Positions 1 through 9,578 of a DNA stretch of 27,121 bases are shown one piece after another. Position numbers and translations under genes: made by a program. The stretch is taken from IMG/VR virus record IMGVR_UViG_3300044606_000023, positions 1-27,121 of that record, one strand, 5' to 3'. Each line of letters starts with the position of its first letter. The stretch's first letter is position 1. This stretch comes from a virus (lineage: Duplodnaviria; Caudoviricetes). The notes below the pieces were generated by a model. The model was not told the origin of the DNA and ran no database searches. It was given only the letters and a program-made list of their open reading frames with translations.

Positions 1-1009
1 CTCCTTCAGACTTAGTAAGTACTCCTGACACGGACAATGTAGCCCATACAGGCTTATTGGTAGCAGTATTACCGATAAGAACCATACCATCATCAGGATC
101 TGTACTATTGCATCTGAATGCAGCATCTTCCAGCTCAAGATATGATACGACCTTACCTCGTGTAGATTTAAACTCAGAGGCCAAAGACAATACTATAGTT
201 CCTGCAATAGTATCTGTATCTCCAAATGAACAGGATGTAAGTTCTACCGATGATGTACCATCAATAGCTGTGAGCCCTGTAGTATGTATAACACAATTCT
301 CTATACGGATCAGCCCTGTAGTTGTTGCTGTAATAGCTGTATCAGCACCAGAATTGATTTTAGAACTTGTTAATGTACTATCATTAGTACCTATGATAAC
401 AAGGGCACCTTCTATATAACTGGTATCAATAGATGAAGCACCCGATAATGTTATAGGTGCGTAGATCCTTGATCCAAATATGCGGGTAACTCCTGATGCT
501 ACCATAGAGTTAATACCAGCACCTATACTACTATTAAGTATCTCAACAGCAGAACCACCTGTATTATTAACGATACCGTTAGACGCAGATTGCTCTAAGC
601 AGTTATCGAAATGTAATGAACCTGTCCAGTTAAGACAATCTACAACAAAAACAGAAGTACCGAATGTACAATCCTGAAATGTAATATCAGTTGTACCAGC
701 AGCAGCAGATACTAATACTGATGTAGCAGATTGCAATGTAAGATTGGTCAATACAAGAGTGCCAGCAGCAGGTGGAGTATGCTCTCCAAGAACAATAACC
801 TGTCCTTCAGATGCACCAGTTATATTGATACCACTATATAATGTAAGGTCTTCTATATACGTGCCTGGACGAACCAAGATCGTAGTAGTCTCGCCAAGAG
901 CTTGAACATAATCTAAACAAGATTGTATCGTATGAAATGGTCCTGGCTCTGTAGAAGTAACAATGTACTTATACGAAGTATAGTTTGCAGTCTGTGAACT
1001 TATAGCCAT
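1..1009 (-). CDS. Tail spike/fibre protein with pectin-lyase-like beta-helix start (partial, runs off the left edge)
   Basis: Not in the ORF track. ATG at 1009 follows AGGAGAG. Translates MAISSQTANYTSYKYIVTSTEPGPFHTIQSCLDYVQALGETTTILVRPGTYIEDLTL, matching the F-x-TIQ...I-x-V-x-PGTY-x-E cap of beta-helix proteins. The same frame at the window edge reads VLIGNTATNKPVWATL, like a repeat in the 589-aa fibre. Confidence 0.75.
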   Translation of the reverse strand, partial: MAISSQTANYTSYKYIVTSTEPGPFHTIQSCLDYVQALGETTTILVRPGTYIEDLTLYSGINITGASEGQVIVLGEHTPPAAGTLVLTNLTLQSATSVLVSAAAGTTDITFQDCTFGTSVFVVDCLNWTGSLHFDNCLEQSASNGIVNNTGGSAVEILNSSIGAGINSMVASGVTRIFGSRIYAPITLSGASSIDTSYIEGALVIIGTNDSTLTSSKINSGADTAITATTTGLIRIENCVIHTTGLTAIDGTSSVELTSCSFGDTDTIAGTIVLSLASEFKSTRGKVVSYLELEDAAFRCNSTDPDDGMVLIGNTATNKPVWATLSVSGVLTKSEG

Positions 1010-1017
1010 AATCTCTC

Positions 1018-1611
1018 CTAAACAGCATAATTGGCAACAGCATTAATCGATACAACATCCCACTGAGTATTAGCTATTGTGCAGATAAGATGTACAACAA
1101 CAGATTCTTGCATACTATCAAGGACAGAGAACTTAGTTCCTGCTCCTATTCCTGTTATATCTCCTGCACCACGTATGCGTTGCCATGCACCTTGCGTCAC
1201 TTGGATACCTGCACCTGCTCCCGAAGCATCTTCTGTAGTTATCCATATCTCGTCACCAACAACAGAGGCAACAGGCAATACCAGTGTTATAGCTCCTGGA
1301 TTAGTAAGATAATATCCTGAGTTAACAGCCATATTAACGTTTGCAGCTGCTGTAGTAATCCATGCTATACCTGTAGCACCTGCTCCATTGTCTAACCGTG
1401 TCCATACAGCAGCACCAAAGTTACCGCCTGCTACTGTACCTACAGAGGTAAGCATATAAACTTCATTGGTTAACTTATTGATCCATATTTGCCCTAGTTC
1501 AGCACGATCTGCTGCTGTAGGATTGCGCCTAGATATTTTAGGCTCATTCGCAATATTGATAAGCGCAGGATATTGCCCGTAGGCTCTCTGCACTTGTGTT
1601 TGTTTGGACAT
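1018..1611 (-). CDS. Tail fibre-associated structural protein
   Basis: 197-aa Gly/Ala/Thr/Val-rich ORF with SD AAGGAAG. It has PTAAD...GQIWIN and GYY...ITLVLP...GDEIWI motifs typical of phage fibre/baseplate domains and lies among fibre genes. Confidence 0.6.
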   Translation of the reverse strand: MSKQTQVQRAYGQYPALINIANEPKISRRNPTAADRAELGQIWINKLTNEVYMLTSVGTVAGGNFGAAVWTRLDNGAGATGIAWITTAAANVNMAVNSGYYLTNPGAITLVLPVASVVGDEIWITTEDASGAGAGIQVTQGAWQRIRGAGDITGIGAGTKFSVLDSMQESVVVHLICTIANTQWDVVSINAVANYAV

Positions 1612-1635
1612 ACTCTTCCTTTTGTTAAAACATTA

Positions 1636-3405
1636 CTACGCTATTTTATAACCACATATATAACCACCTGATAAAACACAGCCAACTAATGTTTGCGTAG
1701 GACAGAAAAAGAATCTTACAATATTTCCTGCGCTTAATTGGACCATACCTTGCCACCATGGTACTCCAACATCGTTACCTAAGACCCAGGTATTATAACT
1801 TATGCCTCGTGTAACATTCTCTATACCAACATATGTTCTTAAATAGATCTTATTATATGCACCATCTCGTGGTTCACATCTCACTTCAAAATAATAGAGT
1901 CCTGTTGATGGTGCTGTATAATTGCATGGTGTCCCTGTTCCATTACCAAGATAGAAATTACCTCCCGTATTGAAACAATCTGTTCCTGTAATACTATAGG
2001 CAGCTTCTGCACCAAAATAATAACGAACATTAGCACCAAAAGAACGCGCAACAGCAGCAATAGGCCTTGCAAAGAATGATGATATAGTAGCAGGAGCAAC
2101 TCCAGATACTGCCCTCAGATTAATTCTAGAATCACCTGGATATGTAATAACTACTGAACCATCAGCAGATTCTAAATGATTCCATGAAGGGCTAGCTAAT
2201 CCTGAAGATATAAGTAACTGACCATTAGTTCCCGTAGGGTTACCATTAGTAGCAGATACAAGACCTGTTCCATCAGATTGTAATACACCATTATGTGTAG
2301 CTACATACAGATTATTAAGCGTCTCAAGATGATCTGTAGCAGTTACTGATTGAGCAATAACATTGCGTACTGCATTAACATCACGGCCCGCATTAACGTC
2401 ACGTGTTGCTGTTATATCTTGAGTAGAGTTAATAGCTGCACCTTGTATAGCACCTGTTGCTGTCAACGATGATGTAGCTATAGCATTAGTAACTTGAAGA
2501 TTGTTGCCTACATATGTATTAAGACCACGTAGATCAGCATTTGCTGTTATATTGGTTGCTATAACCGATGTAAGCACAATATTAGGATTGAGAGCTGCTG
2601 TTACCGTATTGCCTGCTCCCGATGTTGTTATATTGGCGCCGCCTACAATATTTATAATACCCAATGCAGGCAACGCATCGCCACCATCTGTGCGATAAGT
2701 AGATGCCAATGCCCCTGTAGCTTCAATAGTTATTGAATTTGCAGCATTAGTTATTGCTATTCCTGCACCTGCTGTAAGATTTGCCCATAGTGCAGGTCCT
2801 GTTGACGATCCTATGAGTAACTGCCCATTAGCACCTTCAGAAGTAAACAATGTATGCACAGCATTAACCTGTACAACACCTCTATTAAGACTCTGAAATA
2901 CAGAAGGACCTGTTACATCAATACCGTTAAACACAACAAGGTCTTGCCCTACAAGGCTATTGCCGGAAACGATATCTCCAAAGAGAGCATATATTGATCC
3001 CAATGTAGATGATATATCATTTACGACCATAAGTTCATTCCATACCGTTAAGGTTGATCCTACGTCAAGATTGTTCGCGATCTGAACATTTGCAGGAAGA
3101 CCTATCCGTATAGTATTACCGAACCCTAGAGTATTAACTTCATCTACGGTGCCTATAACATTGAGGACACCCGCCGCTGGTATAGCGTTACCTACATCAG
3201 TTGCATAGGTTCCTGCGACACCTGCTGATGTTATAGTAAGTGTATGTGTTAATGCGTCACCTGTTACGGTTATATCACCAGCACCTTGGATAATAACATC
3301 ACCGGCGCCATCGGGTCCTACATTGATTGCTCCATTATTACCTGTTATTGTCTGGATACCTACACCAGGGACTGCGCCACCTACATAGGAGGATACTTGT
3401 GACAT
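1636..3405 (-). CDS. Tail fibre protein with internal repeats and C-terminal C1q-like domain
   Basis: 589 aa, Gly/Thr/Asn-rich. Repeats include TYxTDxGxAxPAxGxxNxxG twice, NGQLLI twice and tandem RDVNA. The C-terminal YTAPSTGLYYF is a C1q-type signature. Confidence 0.75.
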   Translation of the reverse strand: MSQVSSYVGGAVPGVGIQTITGNNGAINVGPDGAGDVIIQGAGDITVTGDALTHTLTITSAGVAGTYATDVGNAIPAAGVLNVIGTVDEVNTLGFGNTIRIGLPANVQIANNLDVGSTLTVWNELMVVNDISSTLGSIYALFGDIVSGNSLVGQDLVVFNGIDVTGPSVFQSLNRGVVQVNAVHTLFTSEGANGQLLIGSSTGPALWANLTAGAGIAITNAANSITIEATGALASTYRTDGGDALPALGIINIVGGANITTSGAGNTVTAALNPNIVLTSVIATNITANADLRGLNTYVGNNLQVTNAIATSSLTATGAIQGAAINSTQDITATRDVNAGRDVNAVRNVIAQSVTATDHLETLNNLYVATHNGVLQSDGTGLVSATNGNPTGTNGQLLISSGLASPSWNHLESADGSVVITYPGDSRINLRAVSGVAPATISSFFARPIAAVARSFGANVRYYFGAEAAYSITGTDCFNTGGNFYLGNGTGTPCNYTAPSTGLYYFEVRCEPRDGAYNKIYLRTYVGIENVTRGISYNTWVLGNDVGVPWWQGMVQLSAGNIVRFFFCPTQTLVGCVLSGGYICGYKIA

Positions 3406-3406
3406 A

Positions 3407-3769
3407 TTAGTCCTCCGCTGCGTAGAATGATGTCAGATAGATAGAACCTGTTGTAGGCACTTCAAGTTGTGTAACATAAAATCTTGTTCCTTGGGCAATA
3501 CAATAAATACCACCCGTAGATGATCTATTAGTTGTTATATCAAGAATAATTGATGCACGTGATGCTATAGGGAAATCTTCATTGACACCGTCCATACTGA
3601 TCATAAGATCAGCATTGGTAAAATTCTGTAATAGAATCATACGTGCAGGATGATCCAATGCAGGGTTAGCAACACTTATTGAAGTATATACTCCAGCACC
3701 GGCAGCTGCTATAGTCGCAGCATCGACTGTACGTAGATGTTCAGGCATAAGTTTAATAGCTTTGTTCAT
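3407..3769 (-). CDS. Small virion protein, paralog 3 of tandem trio
   Basis: Start moved to ATG 3769 (ATGA overlap with the upstream stop, SD GGAG). Shares P..M..LQN.T..DLMIS.DG...D..I motif with its two neighbours. Confidence 0.65.
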   Translation of the reverse strand: MNKAIKLMPEHLRTVDAATIAAAGAGVYTSISVANPALDHPARMILLQNFTNADLMISMDGVNEDFPIASRASIILDITTNRSSTGGIYCIAQGTRFYVTQLEVPTTGSIYLTSFYAAED

Positions 3770-4122
3770 TCTTCTCTCCATTGTGTATATGCAGCAAGAA
3801 CAATAGATCCTAATGGCTTAAATGGGGCAATAACATCTTTAACATAGACAGTAAGCCCTTTAGGTTCTTGTGCTACATAAGCATTAGGCAATGCATTAGT
3901 TTGGTAGTTTATGGTTGTTGTATGTCCTGCAGGAATATAATCATGTTCAGTTACTCCGTCGTAACTTATCCATATATCTTCAGTAGATGCATTGATAATA
4001 CGCATCAAGAAACATGGTTCCTGCAAAGGATCAAGATTAAGAGGAAGATAATTAATTTCGGATATATCTGCTGCATTAAAGAATGATGCAGGAACTGCAT
4101 ATACTCTATTAGTTAGTTTCAT
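3766..4122 (-). CDS. Small virion protein, paralog 2 of tandem trio
   Basis: 118 aa; motif PCFLMRIINASTEDIWISYDGVTEHDYIPA...NYQTN. Confidence 0.65.
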   Translation of the reverse strand: MKLTNRVYAVPASFFNAADISEINYLPLNLDPLQEPCFLMRIINASTEDIWISYDGVTEHDYIPAGHTTTINYQTNALPNAYVAQEPKGLTVYVKDVIAPFKPLGSIVLAAYTQWREE

Positions 4123-4128
4123 AGGTAC

Positions 4129-4458
4129 TCACTCATAGGTTGTATATGTTGTACAGGCAATTAACCCTACGCCAGGATCTCCTTGCAGATACACAGTAGT
4201 ATTTTTGGCCATATTAGCTTGTTTGGCTCGTGGGATACTATTAGTCTGAAAGTTAAGCTCAAGAGTATCATGAGCTATAAGATAATCATGTACTGTTGTG
4301 CCATTATAACTTATAGCCACGGCAGTATTAGAGTTATTGATGATCTTGAGATAAAGTGCTGGGCTCTCTAAGGTCTTCAATGCTATAAATACTGCCGGGT
4401 TAAGAGTAGCAGCATCAACAGAAGTACATGCTAAAGGGACAACACGATTGATAATCAT
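4129..4458 (-). CDS. Small virion protein, paralog 1 of tandem trio
   Basis: 109 aa; motif PALYLKIINNSNTAVAISYNGTTVHDYLIA...NFQTN. Confidence 0.65.
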   Translation of the reverse strand: MIINRVVPLACTSVDAATLNPAVFIALKTLESPALYLKIINNSNTAVAISYNGTTVHDYLIAHDTLELNFQTNSIPRAKQANMAKNTTVYLQGDPGVGLIACTTYTTYE

Positions 4459-4459
4459 A

Positions 4460-4648
4460 TTATTCCTCAGATGGTTTCTTGGCTTTTTCTACCGCTTCAG
4501 AGGCTATAGAAGATATCTTCTGTAAACATTCCCAACAGGCCTCATAAGCATCACCGATCTTAGCACCTATAGGCATCACAAATGTAAAAGTCCTATCTTC
4601 TTTGGTTACTTCAAGAACGACATTGTTAATAACTTTAAGATTTTCCAT
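4460..4648 (-). CDS. Hypothetical small protein (possible tail assembly factor)
   Basis: 62-aa ORF with SD AAGGAAG; its stop is 1 nt from the next start. Confidence 0.65.
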   Translation of the reverse strand: MENLKVINNVVLEVTKEDRTFTFVMPIGAKIGDAYEACWECLQKISSIASEAVEKAKKPSEE

Positions 4649-4710
4649 GTACTTCCTTTTAGTTAAGTGTTGAACTGCTCTAAAATAAGTACAGTAAAGA
4701 CAAGATCCTG

Positions 4711-4738
4711 TTGCAAATATATATAAAGAAAGTACTAT
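4711..4738 (+). promoter_or_regulatory. Putative sigma70-type promoter for the RHH gene
   Basis: TTGCAA (4711-4716), 16 nt spacer, TACTAT (4733-4738), upstream of SD AAGGA and ATG 4769. Confidence 0.35.
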
Positions 4739-4768
4739 ATTCCTATATCATTTAGCATAAAGGATAGT

Positions 4769-4945
4769 ATGGATAAACAACGGAATACGCCCAATAGATT
4801 GGTTGTAGATGTTCCTAAAGAACTACACGCTGATATTAAAATAAGGGCTATAGCACAAGGTACCACATTACGTCGTTGGGTACTCAAGGCTATAGCCGCA
4901 CGTATCAAAGAAGAAGAGTCTTATAACAATAAAATGAAAGAATAA
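4769..4945 (+). CDS. Ribbon-helix-helix (Arc/CopG-like) DNA-binding protein, 58 aa
   Basis: Below the ORF-track cutoff. Translated by hand as MDKQRNTPNRLVVDVPKELHADIKIRAIAQGTTLRRWVLKAIAARIKEEESYNNKMKE, a classic strand-P-helix-G-T-helix RHH pattern, with SD AAGGA. Confidence 0.8.
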   Translation: MDKQRNTPNRLVVDVPKELHADIKIRAIAQGTTLRRWVLKAIAARIKEEESYNNKMKE

Positions 4946-4946
4946 T

Positions 4947-5027
4947 ATGTACCCATTAAGCGAAGCATTAAGCTTTAGTGCAATCGTAGCACTCTGTATA
5001 TTCCTTTTCGAGCTTATGAAAGAATAG
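4947..5027 (+). CDS. Putative 26-aa membrane peptide
   Basis: ATG lies 1 nt after the RHH stop. MYPLSEALSFSAIVALCIFLFELMKE has one hydrophobic span and fills the gap to the convergent gene. Confidence 0.4.
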   Translation: MYPLSEALSFSAIVALCIFLFELMKE

Positions 5028-5030
5028 TCG

Positions 5031-7022
5031 TTAATCTTCTTCCATATCATCATAAATATCTTGAACCTTATTACCAATAGAAGACATACGCAATGCCAAC
5101 CTTTGAGGTGTCAAACGAGTAGCGTCTTTAATAAGACCATATGTTTCATTCTTAATAGAGGGATATTTTTTGAAAACTTTTCGAGCATATTGGACTTCAT
5201 TATAAGCGTTTTTCGCTATAAAGCTGCCAAGTCCTCCAAATATGCCGCCAAGTGCTCCTAATTTTAAATATCCAAATAAGGCTCCAACAGCTCCAAGACC
5301 AGCTTTTATAGAATTCTCTCCGTATCCTTTAGGTTTTTCTATATGTTCTATAGGCTGCTTTGAAGCTTCAATGAAATTCCTCTCTAAAAGATGCTGTTTA
5401 TTCTCGCTACGAAGCAGTTGATCCCAGGTGACCGGACCTATCTTATTACGTGCTGTCCTATACTCACGCTCAACTTGAGCACGATTCTGCTTAGCTTTTT
5501 GATGCTGATCTTCTAAAGCATTTTTTCGTGTCTCAGAAAATTTCTCATTGTTTATTTTGTCAATTTGTTCTTTTTTAGCTTTAACAAATTTTTTCTTGTT
5601 CTTACTTTTCTCTGCTATTTCTCGTGTAAGATTTTCGCCTTTTTCCCAATATTCTGAATGCTCAGGGCTACCATTTTCTTTAATAAATTTATTTAATTGT
5701 TCAACGATAGGCATTACAGCTCGCTTAAAATTCTTGCTTACTGAATGCCTGCTACCTTCTTTAGTAGAAATATCAGGATACAGTTGCCCATTAATATTTT
5801 TCTGCAATTCAACAGCTTTATCAAGCGTCATAGTATCATTTACAATGCTTTCTTCTATACCCATAGCTATATTACGTACATCAGCCTTATCAGCAGAGCT
5901 TAAACCAGAAACTTTAACTGCGCGATTAGCTGCATCCATAACAGAAGTAGCATCTCCTTCTATAGCGCCATTTCTTACTTGTTTAGCATTTTCATAAGCT
6001 TCGTTTTGTTGTTTGACTAATTTTTCAAGGTTTTGATCATAAACGTCAATCTCATTCTTAGCTTGTTGAATTCTTTTTTCTTTATTTAGTCTGAAATCTT
6101 CCTGTTCTTTAACAAGCTGTTCTTTTGTTCTTGTTTCTTCTTGGCGAGCTTCTTCAACAGCAGGAAGATATACTTCATCAATTTTTTCTTTTTCTGTCGA
6201 TACGCGTTGTTGTTCTTCTTGTTCATAGGCTTTTTTTGCAGCTTCATATTTCTCTCGACCATGCTCTTCCTGCTGCCTATCAAAAGCCTCTTCTTCTGCC
6301 TCTACTCGAGGAGCGAGTGCGCCAGATCTACGTTGTAAAATAGTGTTAACACCTTTAGTTGCATAATGTCCTCCAGCCATGCCGCTCAATTGCGTAAGGA
6401 TATCTTGTATATCCTCATCTTTCGTCAGATAAGGGGCAACGGCTCCACCAGCTTCGCCACCAACATAACTACCCCCAATTCCTGCTAATGTCGATAGAAG
6501 TTTTGCAGCAGAATTAGGCCAATTCAAAGCAAATGCCGGAAGAGTATTCATTATAAATTCCATTGGAGCATCGCCACTACGTTCCTCAGACATTACTCTA
6601 GGAGATATAGCCTCAAATTCTTTTGCCGCAGTTTGCGCACTTACAAAGGGAATAGCAGCAGAAAGATCCATATCTTTAATGGGAAGATCATAATATGGGT
6701 TACGCCACTTTCTTTCACTAGGATCGGCAGGATCTGCTTTAACAACACCCCTATCAGGTATCATTAAACGAGCTAAGGGCTGCAAAATATTGCCAGTACC
6801 CAACCCTGTTCTGCCTGCCATATAAGCATATTTGGGCAGCTTGGCAAATATATTTCTTCCAAAATAAGAAGGCCAGCTTTCCTCTTCTTCATCATCTTGA
6901 TAATGTTGAGGAGAAGAGACTTTAACTGGTTTATCTTCATCTTCAAAGCCGCCATGCCTGAACTTTGATGCTGTACCCTTATTTATATCTTTTTCATACC
7001 CGCCATGCTTGAATCCACTCAT
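5031..7022 (-). CDS. Probable internal virion/DNA ejection protein (large, coiled-coil)
   Basis: Start at ATG 7022 (ATGA overlap) gives 663 aa. It has a charged helical core and Gly-rich hydrophobic segments, and is the third of three helical genes between nozzle and fibres, as in P22/T7-like podoviruses. Confidence 0.6.
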   Translation of the reverse strand: MSGFKHGGYEKDINKGTASKFRHGGFEDEDKPVKVSSPQHYQDDEEEESWPSYFGRNIFAKLPKYAYMAGRTGLGTGNILQPLARLMIPDRGVVKADPADPSERKWRNPYYDLPIKDMDLSAAIPFVSAQTAAKEFEAISPRVMSEERSGDAPMEFIMNTLPAFALNWPNSAAKLLSTLAGIGGSYVGGEAGGAVAPYLTKDEDIQDILTQLSGMAGGHYATKGVNTILQRRSGALAPRVEAEEEAFDRQQEEHGREKYEAAKKAYEQEEQQRVSTEKEKIDEVYLPAVEEARQEETRTKEQLVKEQEDFRLNKEKRIQQAKNEIDVYDQNLEKLVKQQNEAYENAKQVRNGAIEGDATSVMDAANRAVKVSGLSSADKADVRNIAMGIEESIVNDTMTLDKAVELQKNINGQLYPDISTKEGSRHSVSKNFKRAVMPIVEQLNKFIKENGSPEHSEYWEKGENLTREIAEKSKNKKKFVKAKKEQIDKINNEKFSETRKNALEDQHQKAKQNRAQVEREYRTARNKIGPVTWDQLLRSENKQHLLERNFIEASKQPIEHIEKPKGYGENSIKAGLGAVGALFGYLKLGALGGIFGGLGSFIAKNAYNEVQYARKVFKKYPSIKNETYGLIKDATRLTPQRLALRMSSIGNKVQDIYDDMEED

Positions 7023-8296
7023 GACACAGCCTTCCATTTTTTGATACCATTTGCCATTACTATGCGATGACTTTTCCCATCATTGTCTTCATATACTGTA
7101 TCAACTTTAAACCAATCAGGATTATCAAGAACTTCCCTATCTTCTAATTGGTCTAATGGCTTTGTCGGCTTAGACATACCATATTGTCTGTCTTCTTCTC
7201 GCATCTTTTTGTTCTCATAATCTTCTGAAAGGAAATATGCATCATCTCGAGCAGAAGGATATTTCTCGAAAAACTTTTTATGTCTTTTAGGATCTGCCAT
7301 GGCATTATCATATTCAGACATAATACTTTGTATATTCTCAGGGAATTGACCATCTTCTTTAAGATTATCTCGAAATGCTTGCCTGCGATCTCTAGCCTCA
7401 CCAACTTCTTTATATCTGCGCAACATTCTCATATTGGTTTTATAATCTGAAGATAAACCAGGCTTAATAGATTGAACCAACTTTATTTTATAATTAGTTG
7501 GTTGTCCTTTTAATGCGGATGCCTTAGCAAGAGCAAGCTCTCCTCCTATATTATAAAATTCTTTCAATGAAGGAGTAAGCCATCCCGCAGTAACATCTCC
7601 TACCCATCTTTTCGCCATTCCTGGATAATTCTTTCTTCCAATTTGTTCTAATGCCTTTATTCCTCTATCGGCAATATCAGCCATATCTTGTATATTATTA
7701 GTTACGGTATCTTCATTTTTAAGCCAGGGCTCTATATTTTTAGCAAATTTAACTGCCTGCTCTGACTTTGCTCTCTGCTCTCTTCGTTTATCTTTTTCAA
7801 GGTTTTCTTTACTGATAAAGGCTTCCCTTCTTTCTTCCAATTCACGAGCCTGTCTCAACTGTGGAGTCTCATATATCCCTCTACGTAATGCTTCTCCGAA
7901 ATCGCGCGTAGGAGTTGGAGTTTTTCTCTGTGTAAACATATTTTCTGAAGTGCCAACAGACTGCTCAGGATATTCTTCTGCAGGAACATCCTGAGCTTGT
8001 TGTGGCTCCCCAAAATTGAACCCTCCAAGAACAGCAGTTTGGACCATTTTACTTAACCCTTTAGGGTCAGACTTAGCTAATGCTCTAAACACTCCCTCAT
8101 AAGGAGTTCCTTCAACTTGTTGAAATAATGGCTCTAAAGATTTTTCTATGCGTGTTTGCTGTTGTCTCGCCAACATATCTTCCATATGGAGCTTCTGTAA
8201 TGCTTCAAGGCCTGAAGAGACACCTTTTTCAAGACCTTGAGAAAACCCTTGGCCAATATAAGCGCCAGGATTGAATTGTGGTACTACTATTGCCAT
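7019..8296 (-). CDS. Probable internal virion/DNA ejection protein
   Basis: 425 aa, helical and charged, with a Gly-rich N-terminus (GAYIGQGFSQGLEKG); function inferred from position. Confidence 0.55.
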   Translation of the reverse strand: MAIVVPQFNPGAYIGQGFSQGLEKGVSSGLEALQKLHMEDMLARQQQTRIEKSLEPLFQQVEGTPYEGVFRALAKSDPKGLSKMVQTAVLGGFNFGEPQQAQDVPAEEYPEQSVGTSENMFTQRKTPTPTRDFGEALRRGIYETPQLRQARELEERREAFISKENLEKDKRREQRAKSEQAVKFAKNIEPWLKNEDTVTNNIQDMADIADRGIKALEQIGRKNYPGMAKRWVGDVTAGWLTPSLKEFYNIGGELALAKASALKGQPTNYKIKLVQSIKPGLSSDYKTNMRMLRRYKEVGEARDRRQAFRDNLKEDGQFPENIQSIMSEYDNAMADPKRHKKFFEKYPSARDDAYFLSEDYENKKMREEDRQYGMSKPTKPLDQLEDREVLDNPDWFKVDTVYEDNDGKSHRIVMANGIKKWKAVS

Positions 8297-8305
8297 AACT
8301 GTTCC

Positions 8306-8914
8306 TTATATCCCTAAAAGAGGTAATAATTTAGCGATAACCTCAGGATTTTTAGCTAGTTCTCCCATCATCGCACTTCCACCGGCACCTGCAATCTGCC
8401 CACCAGTAGAGAATAAACCTCTTATAAGATCAGGAATAAACCCACTTGTAGCAGGATTAACTATATTCTCCCATTGAGGTCTTAGTCCCATACCAATAAG
8501 CTGCTGGAACATAGGTTGTCTTCGAAGATTATAATTTTCTTCTAATGCTGCAAGATTGCTCATAAGATCTGATCCTGATGCACCTAATGCTTGTTGAAAC
8601 CCTGAAGAATGACGTCCTCCCATAGAAGTAAACCGTTCAGAAAGTCCTGGTACTATCTGCTGTTGATATTGCCTTATAGCTTTGTCACGTATCGGTCCAA
8701 AATCAAACTGCTTAAGTCCTTCAAACCCGGTATTCATTAATCGACTCATCATCTGCTGTGCTTCAGGCGTATACTGCTGAGCCTGTTGTACCCGTTGAGG
8801 CGACCCAAAAAGTGCTTCCCAAAATCGTGTACCAAACCCCGGCTGCTGTGCTGTCTGTTGGCCCATAACTTGATTCATAGGCTGATATACTTGGTTATCA
8901 TATTGTGCTGGCAT
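8306..8914 (-). CDS. Probable DNA pilot/ejection protein
   Basis: 202 aa, Q/G/M-rich with a Gly-rich hydrophobic C-terminus; SD AGGAG. Confidence 0.55.
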   Translation of the reverse strand: MPAQYDNQVYQPMNQVMGQQTAQQPGFGTRFWEALFGSPQRVQQAQQYTPEAQQMMSRLMNTGFEGLKQFDFGPIRDKAIRQYQQQIVPGLSERFTSMGGRHSSGFQQALGASGSDLMSNLAALEENYNLRRQPMFQQLIGMGLRPQWENIVNPATSGFIPDLIRGLFSTGGQIAGAGGSAMMGELAKNPEVIAKLLPLLGI

Positions 8915-8998
8915 ACTATTTTCTCCTAATACTATTAAACTGTACCTATACCTAGAGTAGTATGAAATAAACTAAAAGTTATCTACAAGGAGAGTATA

Positions 8999-9538
8999 AT
9001 GCCATCTTCACAGAAAGATCCGGGACTCTATATAGAGAATACAAGTATCTACGATATACAATCTATATATAACTTAGATATCAATAGTAAACAGTTTAAA
9101 GAGTTTCTGGTACTCCTTACCCAGAGTATCAATAGACATGCCATGGCAATAAACAACAAAGATACAGGATTCTATCCACTTACAGAATTTATAAACGGCC
9201 AGTTATACTTTCCTGATCCTACAGGAAGTTCAACAAGTGCGCAGACCCCTACGCAACGTAACGTATTTAGAAAAGTATTCAATTGTGGCGCACTTTTAAA
9301 TAATGCCAATCTTGCTATTCCACATAATATAGATCTTACGTCTACGTTCAAATTCACACGTATATATGGGGTAGCTTCTGACCCTGTAGCGCTCAGTTAT
9401 ATTCCGTTACCTTATGCAGGGCCTACACCAGGATATATAGGGTTATCTGTAGATAATCTTAATATTAATATACGAACTACTGATAATAAGACTGCCTACA
9501 CCAATACATTTGTAGTACTCGAATATATTAAATATTAA
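8999..9538 (+). CDS. Hypothetical, probably structural protein in inverted orientation
   Basis: 179 aa with strong SD AAGGAG and a beta-rich C-terminal domain (IPHNI...FTRIYGVA...VVLEY). Confidence 0.7.
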   Translation: MPSSQKDPGLYIENTSIYDIQSIYNLDINSKQFKEFLVLLTQSINRHAMAINNKDTGFYPLTEFINGQLYFPDPTGSSTSAQTPTQRNVFRKVFNCGALLNNANLAIPHNIDLTSTFKFTRIYGVASDPVALSYIPLPYAGPTPGYIGLSVDNLNINIRTTDNKTAYTNTFVVLEYIKY

Positions 9539-9540
9539 CA

Positions 9541-9570
9541 ATGTCCCATACTGGTTAGAATATGGGACAT
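9541..9570. terminator. Hairpin between convergent genes (likely terminator)
   Basis: ATGTCCCATA-N10-TATGGGACAT perfect 10-bp inverted repeat; U-tracts are weak. Confidence 0.55.
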
Positions 9571-9578
9571 GAATAAAG

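Noticed and set aside
57-677. Plus-strand ORFs 57-419 and 480-677, and similar short antisense ORFs throughout
   Set aside because: They are shadows of long minus-strand structural genes, with no SD or motifs.
1636-2100. Diversity-generating retroelement target in the fibre tip
   Set aside because: No reverse transcriptase or template repeat is visible in the window.
8950-8980. Possible shared late-promoter motif TTTTAGTT-N4-TCA-N3-TA (also near 22455-22480, minus strand)
   Set aside because: Only two AT-rich matches, and it is not clear upstream of the other minus-strand restart points.
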